Below, piece by piece: positions 1-13,026 of a DNA stretch of 64,000 bases; the first letter of the stretch is position 1, and every line of letters begins with the position of its first letter. The notes under the pieces are model-generated. The model saw nothing but the letters and a program-made list of their open reading frames with translations, was not told the origin of the DNA and did not search any database. Source of the DNA: Macrostomum lignano. Taxonomy: Eukaryota. The position numbers and the translations under genes are program-made. Location of the stretch: NCBI GenBank assembly GCA_002269645.1, contig NIVC01002438.1, forward strand, positions 109,553 to 173,552, in the 5' to 3' direction.

Positions 1-1918
1 GCCGTAGTAAACTGCGGCCAGCTGACGGGAGTTGACGGCGGAGCCGCTGCTGTCAGTGGACTGCGGATTGTGTGAAGTCAAACGTTTGAAGGGTGTTTTG
101 AGGGGTAGAGAGAAAATAACATTGTAATTTATTATTACACCTGCCCTAGTGAGCAGATGTGCAACCGACAGCTCAGCCGCAGCTATTGCACCACACACAC
201 CCAGCTAATGCTGGTAAACTATTTTACAGCTAGGTGAACTGACTGTCTTACTCAAAGACACCACGAATTGTTCTGAGTGGGTCGGGAATCGAGCCCCTGA
301 CCTTTCAGTCGTGAGTCCGAAGCTCTAAGCATTAATCTTCAATGCTTTAAAGCAGCACTACCGACTTTAACTTAGGTTTTTATAAACGTTTCAAAAAGGT
401 AGTCGATGCTAATATCATCATGCAACAAATACTTCAAAGCGGCCCCACCTTGTACACAACATCCTGTATCTCGAACAGCTTCAAAGGCAACGGCAAAGAA
501 CGATTCGAGTGCACAGTTTTTAGAATCCCTGGCAGCAAGCTGGTTCTGGCAACTTGAAACTCCAGCGTCTTTGGATTGGCGATGCGCACAGCTGGCAGGC
601 TGTCCAATGGGAGGCGCAACCGTTCGGAGATGTCTTTCTCTGAGCACAGGGCAAAAGTCAGGCACTCGGTAAATCCGGCAAAAGCCACCTCAAGACGCAG
701 TTTGTCAGTCAATGAGTTCAATGGTTGCTGCTTTCCCGTGCACAGAGTTGGTGGCAAACTCATCTCTAAGTTATTGTAGCCAATAGCTATGGCCAGATCT
801 TCCAGTACGTCGCAAGGATGAAGAACATCGTGTCGAGTTGGAGGAACGGTCACGCTAACGGTAGCATCGCTAGTTGCCTTGGCAACTAGGCACATTCTAG
901 TTAGACGATTGCAGATCTCATCGATAGTCAGTTGAGAATCGGATCGGCCAACACCTTTGCGCAGGTAATCAACCTGGATGTCTACCTGACGATAGGCAAG
1001 AGACGGGTAAATTGAAGCGCGACCGTCTGGATAGTTCACCTGGACAGCCTGGACGGTGAACTGCTCGGAGCAGTACTGCGAGAAAGCGCACACAAGAGTG
1101 TCTAATACTACGGATGCTTTGTGCGCATCAGTAGCCGTAGCTTCAATGAAAACATTCTTTGTGTTCAGAGTGATCTTAGAATGATCGCCATTGATAATTG
1201 GCGGCATACTCAGCACCACACCGTTGGCATCTTTAATCACCGGATACACCGGACTGTCGCGAATGATTGGCAGGTAAGCTTTCAGGTGACTCTCGCCGGA
1301 ATACAGTTGCATAAGTTCTACAGCGCTAAACTCTTTAGTCTGGTTCAATGGCTTGAACACAATATCGCTAGGAGGCAAAGCTTCGTACAAGAATGGACCA
1401 GTCAGAGTGTCAAAGTCGTGCGTTCCGATGGCTACTAGAGATCTCTGCCGACAGATAGTCTGATGCAGTTTGTCCTGCAGGTCAATGAAGGATTTATAGC
1501 TGGCAGGAGTGAAGCTCAAGTTTCTAAGCATTGCGCACACAACGTATGGTCGGATTTGAGCAGTGCTCGGAGCTACTCGCATCTGTTGCATACCGGCTGC
1601 TGGTTGAACGGCTTTGTACAGCGGAGGCTGAGCCAAGCTCTGGAACACCATCAGAGCTCGGCTGAGACCTTCAACGCAGAGCAGATCGTATCGATTAGCT
1701 GGAACTTCGATTTTGTAGATGACAGCATCGGAGAGCTGGTCGCCCATTTGAGCAGCCTTGGCGTCGCCCTGCTCTTTGGCCAGCATCTCGCGTTCGGACG
1801 TGACCTCATCGAGCTCCAAGCCGAACTCAAAACACAATTCGTCAACCTCTTCATCGGTGAAATCTTTCCTATTCAAGCATTGGCATAGGGCGGCCTTTTC
1901 TATTTGAACAACTGGCAT
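1..1918 (-). CDS. FARSB: Phenylalanine--tRNA ligase beta subunit, 5' part. Exon 1 = 1918..449 (490 codons), exon 2 starts at 60 and runs off the window
   Basis: ORF 434-1918 has eukaryotic PheRS-beta motifs (FTDEEVDELCFEFGLELDEVTSE, IEVPANRYDLLCVEGL, SFIDLQDKLHQTICRQRSLVAIGTHD, PPTRHDVLHPCDVLEDLAIAIGYNN, NPKTLEFQVARTSLLPG). Donor AAG|GTGGGG at 449/448. Acceptor CCGCAG| at 61/60 resumes in frame as STDSSGSAVNSRQLAAVYYG, matching the conserved downstream segment. Confidence 0.95.
156..333 (-). mobile_element. tRNA-derived SINE, copy 1 (in FARSB intron)
   Basis: Reverse complement matches copies at 15111 and 17480: tRNA-like head (TTAGAGC..GGACTCACGACTGAAAGGTC..GCTCGATTCC), central CAGTTCACCTAGCTGTAAAAT block and tail GCTGCGGCTG..AGCTGTCGGTTGCACA. 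Confidence 0.75.
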
Positions 1919-2963
1919 TCTTTGTGATTAAGCGACTGTAGGATTGCAACGAAATTTGATTGAAAGCCTTTATTTGCTGCAAAGAAAATTTTAAAGACGG
2001 TTAATTTTTTTGAGAAAGTTCTCAATGTTCTACTTTGAGTAGGTTGACGAGTTATAAATGAAGGCACACAAATTTTTTGATATTCAACACATTCTAGCTT
2101 TAACTATAGAATATCCAAAACACTAAATCAGGAACCTTTGCGCTAGATTACCATAGAATGTATGGCAATCCATATTACATTATATTCTATTGATAGTAGC
2201 ATATTGCAGAGGTCGCTGACTAAATTCAGTATTAATATAAGAAACTACAAGTGGAAGTATGACAATACAATTTCATCCACCCCAACTTTACTTCTGTAGC
2301 TAAGCTCGATAATAAAACTAAAACTCCTAAGCACTGCACACAAGCGTACTAAACACATGTCGCTATTTAAGCTGGATAGAACTGAACGTTAAACTGTACG
2401 CGCATTGCACAATAGAATGATTCAGCAAAATAAAATGCTTTGAACTGACGGACAGACTTGGAAAGAGTGAAGAGAGAGACCACACCACACACAATCTAAA
2501 ACTAGAGAGAGTTAGTTCGATTTTTTTTTCAAAGTCAATGAGGAGAAAAGTATGACTCGCCAGATCTTGTGCTGTGCGATTGATTTATATAAAGGTTCGC
2601 TACTTTACACTTCTCTGTATTTGAGCATGCACTGAGCTGACAAGCAGAGATATTTGCCAACCTAACTGATAGACATTGGAACAAGGGGCCTGAACAAATA
2701 CACATGTAAAGCTACTTTTCCTTACTAATTTCACTAAAGATTGATAAAAAATGATTTCAGGCAACTTCAAACACTTTCTGGTCGAAAATGCAGCGATATT
2801 TTTGTCTGTGTTTTTTTTAAACTTCGCAATTCAACTCAAAATACAAAACAATAACTGCAGATTATTTTGCTTCTTCTAAAAGTTCCGCCGCTTAAAGATA
2901 GAAAACACTTTTATTAGAATGAATGATTAAATGAAGGCTACAATCAAAGTTATAACTCGATTT

Positions 2964-3419
2964 CTAATCAGACGCTTTCTTTTGAGCAGCAGACTCAGGA
3001 GAAGTGGAACTAGTTGACTCGCCACTCTGCTTCCCAGAGCTCATACTAGGATCCACAGTCTGTTGCCCAATTTCCTGATCGATTCGTTCTTTAGCGCGAA
3101 ACACCTTCGCTTGCAGGTAGAATGAGCCGCCTTTCTTTCTGTCGTTCACCCCAAACAGATGATCGTATTGGTGCTGGATTCGACTTTTATCTTCCAGATT
3201 TTCCACGTGCAAAATTTGCATCGCCTCTTTCAGAGACAGGCCGGATATTGCGCTAGCGGTGCCCGACTGATCTGTGTCTCCACTGCTGCTGCTGCTGCTC
3301 TGCTGTCGGTTCTTAGCGGCCTGCTGCGACGCGGCGTACTCTTCGCGCAGGGCGGCAGCGAAGGCGCGGCCGACAACCCGGCTGCCTAGTAAGATAATCT
3401 CGATTATAGATCGGCCAAC
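2964..3419 (-). CDS. PAM16: Mitochondrial import motor subunit TIM16/PAM16 (J-like domain). Coding exon 3419..2964; the initiator Met must come from an upstream exon or a spliced leader
   Basis: VGRSIIEIILLGSRVVGRAFAAALREEYAASQQAA...GLSLKEAMQILHV...YDHLFGVNDRKKGGSFYLQAKVFRAKERIDQE is the Pam16 signature. The track's start at 3425 is TTG inside a TTTGCAG acceptor. Confidence 0.93.
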   Translation of the reverse strand, partial: VGRSIIEIILLGSRVVGRAFAAALREEYAASQQAAKNRQQSSSSSSGDTDQSGTASAISGLSLKEAMQILHVENLEDKSRIQHQYDHLFGVNDRKKGGSFYLQAKVFRAKERIDQEIGQQTVDPSMSSGKQSGESTSSTSPESAAQKKASD

Positions 3420-5857
3420 CTGCAAATCAGCGGTCGATTTGATTATTGATTGATTGGCATGTTTGCTTCATTGTACCCAGAGACCAATTAAAACGTGCAA
3501 TATTGATTCTGAAATTTCGCTTTTGACAATTTCAGTGACTAAAAGCGTAAAACTTTAACCAACTTAACCATCTAAACATCTAACCGTAGGTTATCACACC
3601 TTTTTCTATTTGGTTAATTTCACGAACATTAAACTCCAAAACCATCGGTCACGCATGCATTCACTGTCCTCCTCTCTCTCTGTCCACCAGATTGATTTTA
3701 GCGCATCGTTCTCTCTGAGCCATTCTTTACTTCAGCCAAGCCTTTAGCTTTCTGCTGTCTATGGCTTTCTGCTGTTGGTTTGTGTAAAACCCATAAGACG
3801 CAACCACGTTCCAGACTGGTAAAGGCCAGGGCACCAATTTGAATGAATAAAAAACCAAATAGGACGTTAAAATGTATAAAGATAAACTGTGCAATCATTA
3901 TTGGAGGAACCTTGGTCTAGGACTCTAATTTTCTAAAGGGCCTCTTACTCTTAGTCTTAACTTCAAAAATAAAAGAAGATTAAAGAAGACTTTGAAAGTT
4001 TTCAAAGAAGTTTAAAGCCGCTTTGACAAGGAGATTACGTCGTGTTCTTTACGATTCTGTGCCTAAACATTGTGTAGCCTGGTTTAGAATTTGGGCCATA
4101 GACAAAAGTCATTATTTGTATACAAGATATGTAGATTGCGGCAAGAATTCAGAGTTTTGTTGGCTTTGGCTATAAACACTTAAACTATATGGCTCCACTA
4201 GGAAATAAGTTTCCTGCGATGCACAATATCTTACCCGATCAACCCGATCACAAAGCAGACGCCCTATTGGAAGAAGCGTACTATCGTAACTCAATTCTTT
4301 TTTCTAGGTTCTAATTTGGTACAAATTTATTGCAGAAAATAAAAGGAGAAAAAGAGCTTGAAATATTAAGGAACCCTTATTTTCACTTTAACCTAACAGA
4401 TTCACCGGCCTTTACCAAAAAGAACGATTTGAAAGTTTCAAAAATAGTTTAACAGTATTATATTTTTTACTTAGTAGTCCTAGCTACGGAGCGTTCGTTT
4501 GGTAGCGAGGATAGAGTTGAGTTGGAGAGCTGTTTGAGATCGATACAATGCCCCACAGCTGGGACTTGAGCACACACACAGACCGGGATAGGGGATTATA
4601 AAGTGTTATAATATAATGTGAAAGCTAAATCATATACCTACTTGCAAAGCTACACTCTTTACTCTCAGAAAAAAGGCGTAAAAGACCTCGAAAAAATGGC
4701 CCATAAAAGCATTCCAGTCAATATTCATCAATTTATTATGAATGCCCATTGATGTCTTTGTGTTGCTGCAGACGGACAAACAGATTACACTGATACGTCA
4801 TAGGCAACTAACTTTAATTAAAGTAAAAGAACTTGTTTTGTTTACTCAAAGATGTTGATATGGTAAATTTGGACACACGTAGGCTATTGTCAAAAAAGGA
4901 TAACTTAATGGGTGCTTGCGCAGAAAGCAAATTTTATAAATAATATCTTTGCATAGATTTCAATATAATAAATCAAAAGAGGAAGCAAAACAATTGGACA
5001 CCAAACAAAATGGAATAGGAACAACTTCATTAACCAGATTGATTTCTGCTCTAGCAAAAACAGAACAATATTGAAGTCAAAACAAAGAATTAAAACAATT
5101 GAGAACAACACGCACCAGATAGGGGTTAAGTTTAACGTGAAGCAAGAACAGAAACAATAATTTTTTTTAATTTTAATAATTATAACAATAAAACAATTCA
5201 ACTAACACAGTTAGACAAAAATGCATTATAAAAGCAAAACAAATAGGTTTACTAATTTTTTGATTTGATAATTTTTTCGTTTGTTTTGATTATAGCTTAA
5301 CTTTAGCTTTATTCAACCGGCAAAAATGGGCGCAGATAGTGTTGGTCTAACAATAATCGACGCACAACACACAGCCAGAAGACAAGAAAAAAGCAGAATT
5401 ACGCACAAATGTCGATGAAAACACACAAACACAAACAGCAACTTTTAAATAAGGAAGACCGACTCACTGTTGATATTGAAGAACAAACTTGCTCATAGAT
5501 AATGCCAAAAATGTAAAACAAATGATAGCCTAATTATTGTTATAAATAAGTTAAGAATTAAAGCTATGAAACCAATAAAACGAGAAGAAAATGACATGGA
5601 CGTCCAGATTGAAATAAAATTCAGGAACTGATGCTAAACATGTTGTTGTTAAGATATGAAAAAGTGACACATCAATTCTGGTACAGTATCATGAGATTCT
5701 GCGAAACAGATAGGACAACACACTATATCAGAAACAATAATCATAAATATTTTAATTTGAAATCGTTTTCCTTACTTTTGCTAAAACACTTTTCAAGCAT
5801 AAAACTTTATTGATTACATAATATGGTACTAACTGATACGATTGACTTTAAATAAGC

Positions 5858-6145
5858 GCTACAATTCATTATAAATAAGCGCCACAATTGATTCAAAATA
5901 AGCGCTACAATTTATTATAAATTGGCGTCACAACTCCTTTTAACTAGGCGCTACAATTCATTCTAAATTGGCGCCACAATTCATTCTAAATTAGCGCCAC
6001 AATTCATTCAAAATTGGCGCCACAATTAATTCTAAATTAGCGCCACAATTCATTCAAAATTGGCGCCACAATTAATTCTAAAATAGCGCCACAATTCATT
6101 CAAAATTGGCGCCACAATTAATTCTAAATTAGCGCCATAATTCAC
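5858..6145. repeat. Minisatellite, ~21-bp unit (AATTGGCGCCACAATTCATTC[T/A]A)
   Basis: About 13 degenerate tandem copies just downstream of the DNAJC25 stop. Confidence 0.9.
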
Positions 6146-6221
6146 TTGAGGGTTATATTAGCCATTATTAAAAGTTGGACCAACAAAGGACATTTAACTA
6201 ACAGTCATCATGACAACCTAT

Positions 6222-9200
6222 CTAACTAAAGTCCATATCAACATCTTCCTGACCAAAGGTGATCTGCCCGGGTCCGCCGCGTCTCAAATACCGCCTCATC
6301 TTCTTGTGTTTGGTGTCCTCCGCCATCTGCTGTCGCATCTTCTCAGCCTCCTCCTCGGCAAAGACAACATATTTGGCCTTGATCCAGAGCTCCTTGGCTA
6401 GCAGTTGTTCGCGCCGCTGCTCCGGCAGGTGCTCCCAGGCCAACGCAGACAAGCCCATGTACCGGCGAATCAAGTACTCCTTCTCGGCTGGACCATACTC
6501 TCGTTTGAGCAGGCCGAACAGTACAATCCATCTCAGCGCCCAGTAGATCCACTGCAGAACTCGAATCGGTAGCATCAGCAGTTGAAACCACAGCACATTC
6601 ATAATTGACGGCTTCTCGTACGAGCCGCGAATGTCCATCTTGCGCATGATAATGCCGCGTATCACTTCCTCCTCTTTCTCTTTGACCTCTTCTTTGGTTA
6701 GCTTGCGACCATTCTCGCGTTTGCGCTTACCACCTGGACCGTCGGAGTCCAGCAGGCCTTCGCTCTTGGCGATCTCTTTAGCCTGAGAAATTAAATTGCC
6801 GATGGTTAAGGTCAGCCAGTAAGGAGGCGCCTAAGAGTCATTGCAGGTAACTCAGGTAAAATAGGGGTCTAGAATTGAGTCCAGACGACTCTCAACCGAC
6901 GAGATGTCATAAGACGTGCTAGAGTTGCTTTAGAATCACTGAGTTGTGTTTAAAGCGCATCTGCGTCCCTTGATTAATTTGAGTCCCATTCCAAGCGAAA
7001 GTTAAGCGCCAACGCCGCTGATTTTCGGACGACTCTCTCGCAACTCTTGCAGAATCTAAACTGTTACCTTACCGTCACGGTAACGTTTTGAACAGGTGAG
7101 CTACTCTGCCAACATAACATCCCCAAAAATTGAGATGGCAAAAATCTGTCTTATAACTAATACTACGCTTGTATTTTACTGTCTGTTGCTGCATGTAAAA
7201 CTATACTCAATAGCAGTCAAAAGTTTCACCCTTCAAGCCAAATGAAAATTTTCTCACATATTGCGAAAACTTCTCACTCACAATTCAACCTTCAAGTTAC
7301 GCAACTAAGCCGCCACGAGGAAAGGAAAGTTCATTGAATCAATAATAAACGTCAGTCGCGACTCTCCGCACTTCCTGGAGAAATTCCTGGGGAAGCTGCT
7401 GCCAAGCGTATCCAATGCCATGACGCAGTTCCGCAACATTCTGTGGTGGATTCTCTTTTCGAATGCTGCGCTTTAGGAAGTCCCAGACATGCTCGATGGG
7501 ATTCATGTCTGGGGACTGGGAAGTCCAGCGCAGAGTGCCCAGCTGTAGCTGTTCTTTCGGTTGACTAACCGCATCGGCTTGGTGTGGCGGCGCGTTGTCA
7601 TCCTGGACAACCCTCAAGTGGCAATAAGCTTCGTCGTAAGTTGCGTCACTCGCAATAAGTGAGAAAAATTCTTCTCGCTTGGAGGATGGAACTTCTGACT
7701 GTTGCTGAGTATAGATTAAGATGCGATTCATAAAGCTCAAAACTATTCGCAAGAGGTTCTGCGGTCAGCCTGGCGCAACGCATTTGGCGACAACGTTCCA
7801 CAAACCATCGGTGTGAGGCAGTTCTGTTAATTCTATCAACACCTGAGCACATACAAGCGCGCCAATACTGTATACATTCGTACACACGCTCACACAGGGT
7901 GTACAGCGACCCTGAATATGACGATCTCTATGATCATCATACTTCTAGAGACCTACCTTTCAAACCTTCAATACAATTTAGAGAAGTCATTCAAATCTAT
8001 TCCACTCACCTGCATTCGATACCTGGGCTGCTTAGAGAGAGTATTAACCGCGTCATGATAATTCGTATACTGGCTATAGTATTGAAAGATGGAGAATGCA
8101 GTAACGATAACCACGATGACAACGCGAACGTCAACTTTAGGCGAATACTTTCTCTTGTAGTACTGATAGAAATGGTAGTACATCTCTTCCGGATTATCCA
8201 GCATGTAGTCGTACTCCTTGCGCTGCTCATCGTCCCTGAGGATTTCGTAGGCTTGAGCAATTCTAGGAAAAGTTTCCTCAGATTTTTTGCGATCCTCTTC
8301 GGTTCGCTGCCGGTCAGGATGAAGCTTGCGAGCCAGCTTCCTGTAGGTGCTCATGATGGTCTTCTTGTCATCGTCTCTGGTCACTCCGAGCACTGTGCAA
8401 TTTTTTATTATTTTGCAAGCATATTCAGGTGTTGGAATTGACATCTTCTAGATTGTAGGGCATCTAAGTTGAATATTGGGCGCCTATTTGCAGTACAGGG
8501 TGCCTAATTGAAGTACAGAGTGCTTAATTGTAGTCTAGAGTGCTTTATTGGAGTTTAGAGTGCCCAATTGGAGTAAAGAGTGCCTAATTGGAGTTTAGAG
8601 TGCCCAATTGGAGTAAAGAGTGCTTAATTGGAGTTTAGAGTGCCCAATTGGAGTAAAGAGTGCCTAATTGGAGTTTAGAGTGCCCAATTGGAGTACAGAG
8701 TGCCTAATTGGAGTTTAGAGTGCCCAATTGGAGTAAAGAGTGCCTAATTGGAGTACAGCATGCCTAATTGGAGTCTAGAGTGCCTAATTTGAGTCTAGAG
8801 TATCTAATTGGGGTGCAGAATGCCTAATTGGAGTACAAGGCGCCTAATTAGAGTATAGAGTATCAGTTTAGAGTCTACAGTTGTTGGCTACATACAAAAA
8901 GAATATATTTATTTTTTAATTACATTTAAAAATTTTATTTGATTGTATTTTGATTGACATAAATAGTTTGCCAATTAATCCCCATGAAGTCTTCTAAACA
9001 TAAAATCTATATACCACTTGGCCTTAGTGCCTAATTTTAATTCAAAAGCAATTTATTCTATATTATTTTTTGCTTATCATGGTAGGAAAAACCTTAGCTT
9101 AAGCACCATATTTTATTATTGACCTATAACATTTAAGGGCAACAATTGAGTTATGCAACTATTTGATATCATGTCAACTATATAGCAATAACAATATCAC

Positions 9201-12200
9201 ATCAAAGTAAATAATTCACTATATTTAAGACCAAAATGATCTTAATATCTATAAATGTATTAACCTGGTTAAGGGCATATATGATATAGGCCGACTACAA
9301 GACCAAGTTCTATATTATGTATAGTATAAGTATAATAAACAAGCTGTTTGATTCATATCTACAAGAATAGTGCCACTTAATTTGTCAACATCTAATTCAA
9401 CAACTCTATTGAAAAAATTGGTTTACTATGCTATACATTGCTAATGAAGACATAAATAATGAAGGTTAATGGTTTATATTAGGTGATAAAACATATGTAG
9501 CACACAAATCATTATACCCTTGATATATGCACTTTGTAACTAGTAATCTAAATAAACTATGAGTATGTACAATATGGTATTATGTACATACATATAGCAT
9601 TGATTGCCCAATATATTAATGTATGTATTCTATACACACAATAGCATTTAGCATATACATTCACATAGTCATGTTGAAGTCCTTGACAAAATTTTTCTCA
9701 TTAAGTTATAAAGAAATTTTACATTATTGCATAAATGAACAACTTTAGAGATAAGCCTGCCTTATTATTGACAAATTTGCTCAGCTTGTTTTAATTGTTG
9801 ATAAATTTGATTTCTCTTCATTGCCTATATTTTAGGCTTGTTGACATATTTAGTGTAACCCTATAATAATCTATGTAATGGCATCCTAACATTTTTGCAC
9901 CTAAATAATTTAGCAATATTAGATTTCCTACTATTATTGAAATACACATTGGAATAATTTAGACTTGAAGGACTTAAAAACTAAGAAATTGCCACAAAAA
10001 CTAGATACATAGAGTTAGGTCATATATATTGGGTTGTTAGGAAAGTTCTATCCATTTTTTAATTTTCTATTCAAAGGATCATGTAGCTATGTTGGATGCA
10101 ATCCTTGTGTATACATATATAGCCAAAGTTATAGATATTCTAACCAAGTTATTTGATTTTCAGTATGTAATTATGGCTAGAAATGTTGAACTAAATAGTA
10201 TTATCCCTTATCTCTAGAAGATGTAGTGCATGCCAGAATTTTCTAGAGTGCATTTGAGAATGTCAGTGTCATACATGCACAACCTCCAAAATTCGGTCGG
10301 CCATGCGACTTAGTTTTAACAAAAATGCAACTTATATGTAAAAAACCCTAACGCAAAATTAACGCAACTTTGGGTAAATGGTAGGAGTAACTGACTGTCT
10401 TATTAAGTCAAAATGCCTTGTCAGCTACTTATTACTACTACTTTGGTATTTTTTCGGGTGGGCATTTGGCAACTTCCTTGGTTGGCCGCCAAATTGGTCG
10501 GCCGGATCGGCCGACTGTTGCACATGTATAGTCAGTGTGCATTTTAAACATCAGCATGCATAAATGGCATGCAATGTGCATTATGGCACATAAGTGTAAG
10601 GCATATGATTGATAGACATTCAAAGTTATTAGCTGCAAAAAGCTTTAATAAGTAAAGGCTAAATTAGAGTTTCAGAAGGTATTAAGTAGGATAAATGTAA
10701 ATAATTGGAAAGAAATCAACAGTTTGTTAGTAGGACCATGTACATATAGGTTGTATCATTAGTTTGAAATCGAAAGTGACTACTGTGTAACTACTATATA
10801 ATTGAAAGCCATGTAGTAAAAAAAAACTGCAAGAAAGGTCCCTTATTGTCGCAACTGCAAATGGCATCAGTGTGCATTTACTTGGTTTACTTGGCATCAG
10901 CATACATTTACTTGGCATTGGTATGCATATGCATTTACTTGACATCAATGTTCATTTACTTGGCATCAGTATGCATTTACTTGGTATCAGCATGTATTGA
11001 TTCACAGCATTCCGGTATGCACTCAGCATGATCTGGACTATGGTATCACCCTAAGGCAGTATATGCTATATGGCTTTCTAGCAGGAATTATAATAGCCAA
11101 ATTGACTGAATGCCTATGCATTGCATTTGGGCAAGTTGCTATCTTTGGCTGCATTGTCTATTAGTTTAATTGCTTTTGCCATAGCAACTATAGCCTTGTT
11201 GACAAACTTTAACCTAGATGCCCATCTGAGATAAAAACTGAGCTGTTGCAAACACTTGTGGAGACCAATCCATACCCTATACTCTGGATTGTGCACACCT
11301 GGCATGCACTTTATAGAATCACACGTAAGAGTTATTGTGAAGTAGAAAAAAGATGAAAAAAGTTCATTTTTAAGCGCAAATTTCAAGCTTTCTGATTTTT
11401 AAGCTTATTAAAAAGCATTTAAACAATTTTTTTATGTATCAATGTAAATAAATAGTATCACTGAAAAAGCATACAAAGTAACTAAATTATCTAGTAATAA
11501 GGGTCTATTATGCAATTTAAAAAAGATATTTTATTGTCACAATGTAAAAAAGTCATTTATTGTCGCAACACTGGGATATTTTTAAGAATGGGCATGCACT
11601 ACATTTTTTTGTATGCATTTGTAATTATTAAATTTTTGTTTGGACGTACACCTAGCATGATCTAGACTATAGTCTATACCATATTACACAAAAGCTGACA
11701 GCTCAAATTATCATTGACACAATGTTTCCACTATGTCATATATGCTGGGATATACCTTGATATATGCAAAAAATGGTAAATACCCTCATTGTATGCTAGG
11801 AAATCCTAATGTACATGTTGCTTTCCAAACTATATCCAATGGCCCAATTATAGCCAATAGTTATTATGAATTTGACCTGGCAAAAGCTGCTAGACCTAGG
11901 CTAGGAACCTTACTGTATAGGCCTAGCCCTAATTTGGCCGCTATAAACTACTATCTATTTCAAGCGCTGCATCATCATTTGAAGGAAAAATATTTGAAGA
12001 TAAGTCAAGGATTGCATCTCTAACTTTTTTGCATCAAGGAATTCTATAGTTGACAGAGATGGCATTCAAAGTCTGCCCTCTCATTGGCAGAGGGTCATTG
12101 ATTGTGATGACAATTAACACTTAATTAACACTGCTGAATTAACACTACTGCACTCCTATAAGTATAAAAACTCATTCCCAGACCAGCTTGAGTCTATAGC

Positions 12201-12546
12201 TAAAATGGAGAAATTTCCTAACAGCCAATAGAAATAAGGCTTGATTTAAATAAATACTAGAACCATTAGTACTAGAACAGAAAAAAACAAATGTAAGTAA
12301 GATTGTACTAAAACTGCTATAAAATAGGTTTTAATTTTTTTGCTATTTGTATATTTTTAGGCTGTCTTTACTTAACTGAAATTTGTTGCCATAGGCCTAT
12401 CTAAGTATCAGGTCAAATAAAATAGACGTACCATCGTAACAGTTTTCCTTTCCACAGTAAATTCCTTCAATCTGCGCATCAACTTGAAAGCAGCAGACGA
12501 GGGCAAAAATCAGTCCAACAGAAACAAATAAACTGTATGCATTCAT
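6222..12546 (-). CDS. DNAJC25: DnaJ homolog subfamily C member 25. Exons 12546..12432, 8392..8010, 6782..6222; ~352 aa
   Basis: Signal-like N-terminus then IEGIYCGKENCYD|VLGV, J-domain with HPD (YRKLARKLHPDR...IAQAYEILRDDEQRKEYDYMLDNPEE), PKVDVRVVIV TM segment and C-terminal MRRYLRRGGPGQITF. All junctions are GT-AG with compatible phases (1, 0). Confidence 0.93.
7339..7640 (-). mobile_element. Tc1-like (DD34E) transposase C-terminal fragment in DNAJC25 intron 2
   Basis: VVQDDNAPPH...WTSQSPDMNPIEHVWDFLKRSI are the Tc1 second-D and E motifs. The N-terminal part is absent. Confidence 0.85.
8480..8860. repeat. Minisatellite, 20-bp unit (GAGTGCCTAATTGGAGTWHA)
   Basis: About 18 tandem copies in DNAJC25 intron 1 beside exon 2. 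Confidence 0.9.
10860..11000. repeat. Short degenerate tandem repeat (GCATTTACTTGGCATCAGT-like)
   Basis: About 6 visible copies of CATTTACTTGG/GA. Confidence 0.7.
11690..12115 (+). mobile_element. Degenerate mariner (DD34D) transposase remnant in DNAJC25 intron 1
   Basis: LLYRPSPNLAAINYYLFQALHHHLKEK resembles mariner HPPYSPDLAPSDYHLFRSL. After a frameshift, FFASRNSIVDRDGIQSLPSHWQRVID resembles the mariner C-terminus (FF....FY..GI..LP.RWQKV). Confidence 0.7.
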
Positions 12547-13026
12547 GGTCAGCCGAACCCACTGTTGCCAACCAGGCAAATCAGATAAAATCAATCAAAA
12601 ATTGCCTTAGGGAGAAATGCGTAAAGTAGTGCTATTAGACTGGAAAAAGACGTATTGCAATTTGACAAGCAACAGAGTTAACAATATACACGAAAATCTT
12701 GGACACGTACACACACTATCTTGGAATCGCGCTAAAGAAAAATGAATATTTTCGCAATGCGAATAAACCGAACCCTTCGCTTTTAAACTATTTTGCCTAT
12801 TTGTTTTTTCTTTTTTCTTACTTCAGTGTTTTAAGACTTTTTTTACATAAAACCCCTTAGAAAGTAGAATATTTGTTTAGTATTTTGCTCGAATCTTTTT
12901 TTTAAAAAGAAATATTACAAGAAAAGCGCTGCAGGTGACGAAGCAATTTTCTAAATTTTGCGTGCTTCAGTTCTCCAAAATCTATCTGTAAGCTCAAAGC
13001 AGCCTGTCAATTATTCAACCGAAGAC
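12547..13026. promoter_or_regulatory. Putative bidirectional promoter between DNAJC25 and the methyltransferase
   Basis: The two ATGs (12546 minus, 13027 plus) are only 480 bp apart, head to head. Inferred from geometry only. Confidence 0.5.

Noticed and set aside
3698-3898. 66-aa ORF between DNAJC25 and PAM16 as an extra operon gene
   Set aside because: No recognisable homology or splice support. Likely UTR or intergenic sequence.
7899-8441. 180-aa plus-strand ORF and other antisense ORFs over real exons or LINE ORF2
   Set aside because: Shadow frames of GC-rich coding sequence on the opposite strand, with no recognisable motifs.
5858-8860. The two minisatellites as inverted ends of one element around DNAJC25 exons 2-3
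   Set aside because: The units share only AATT and GGCGCC/GGCAC-like cores, differ in period (21 vs 20), and no TIR/TSD brackets them.
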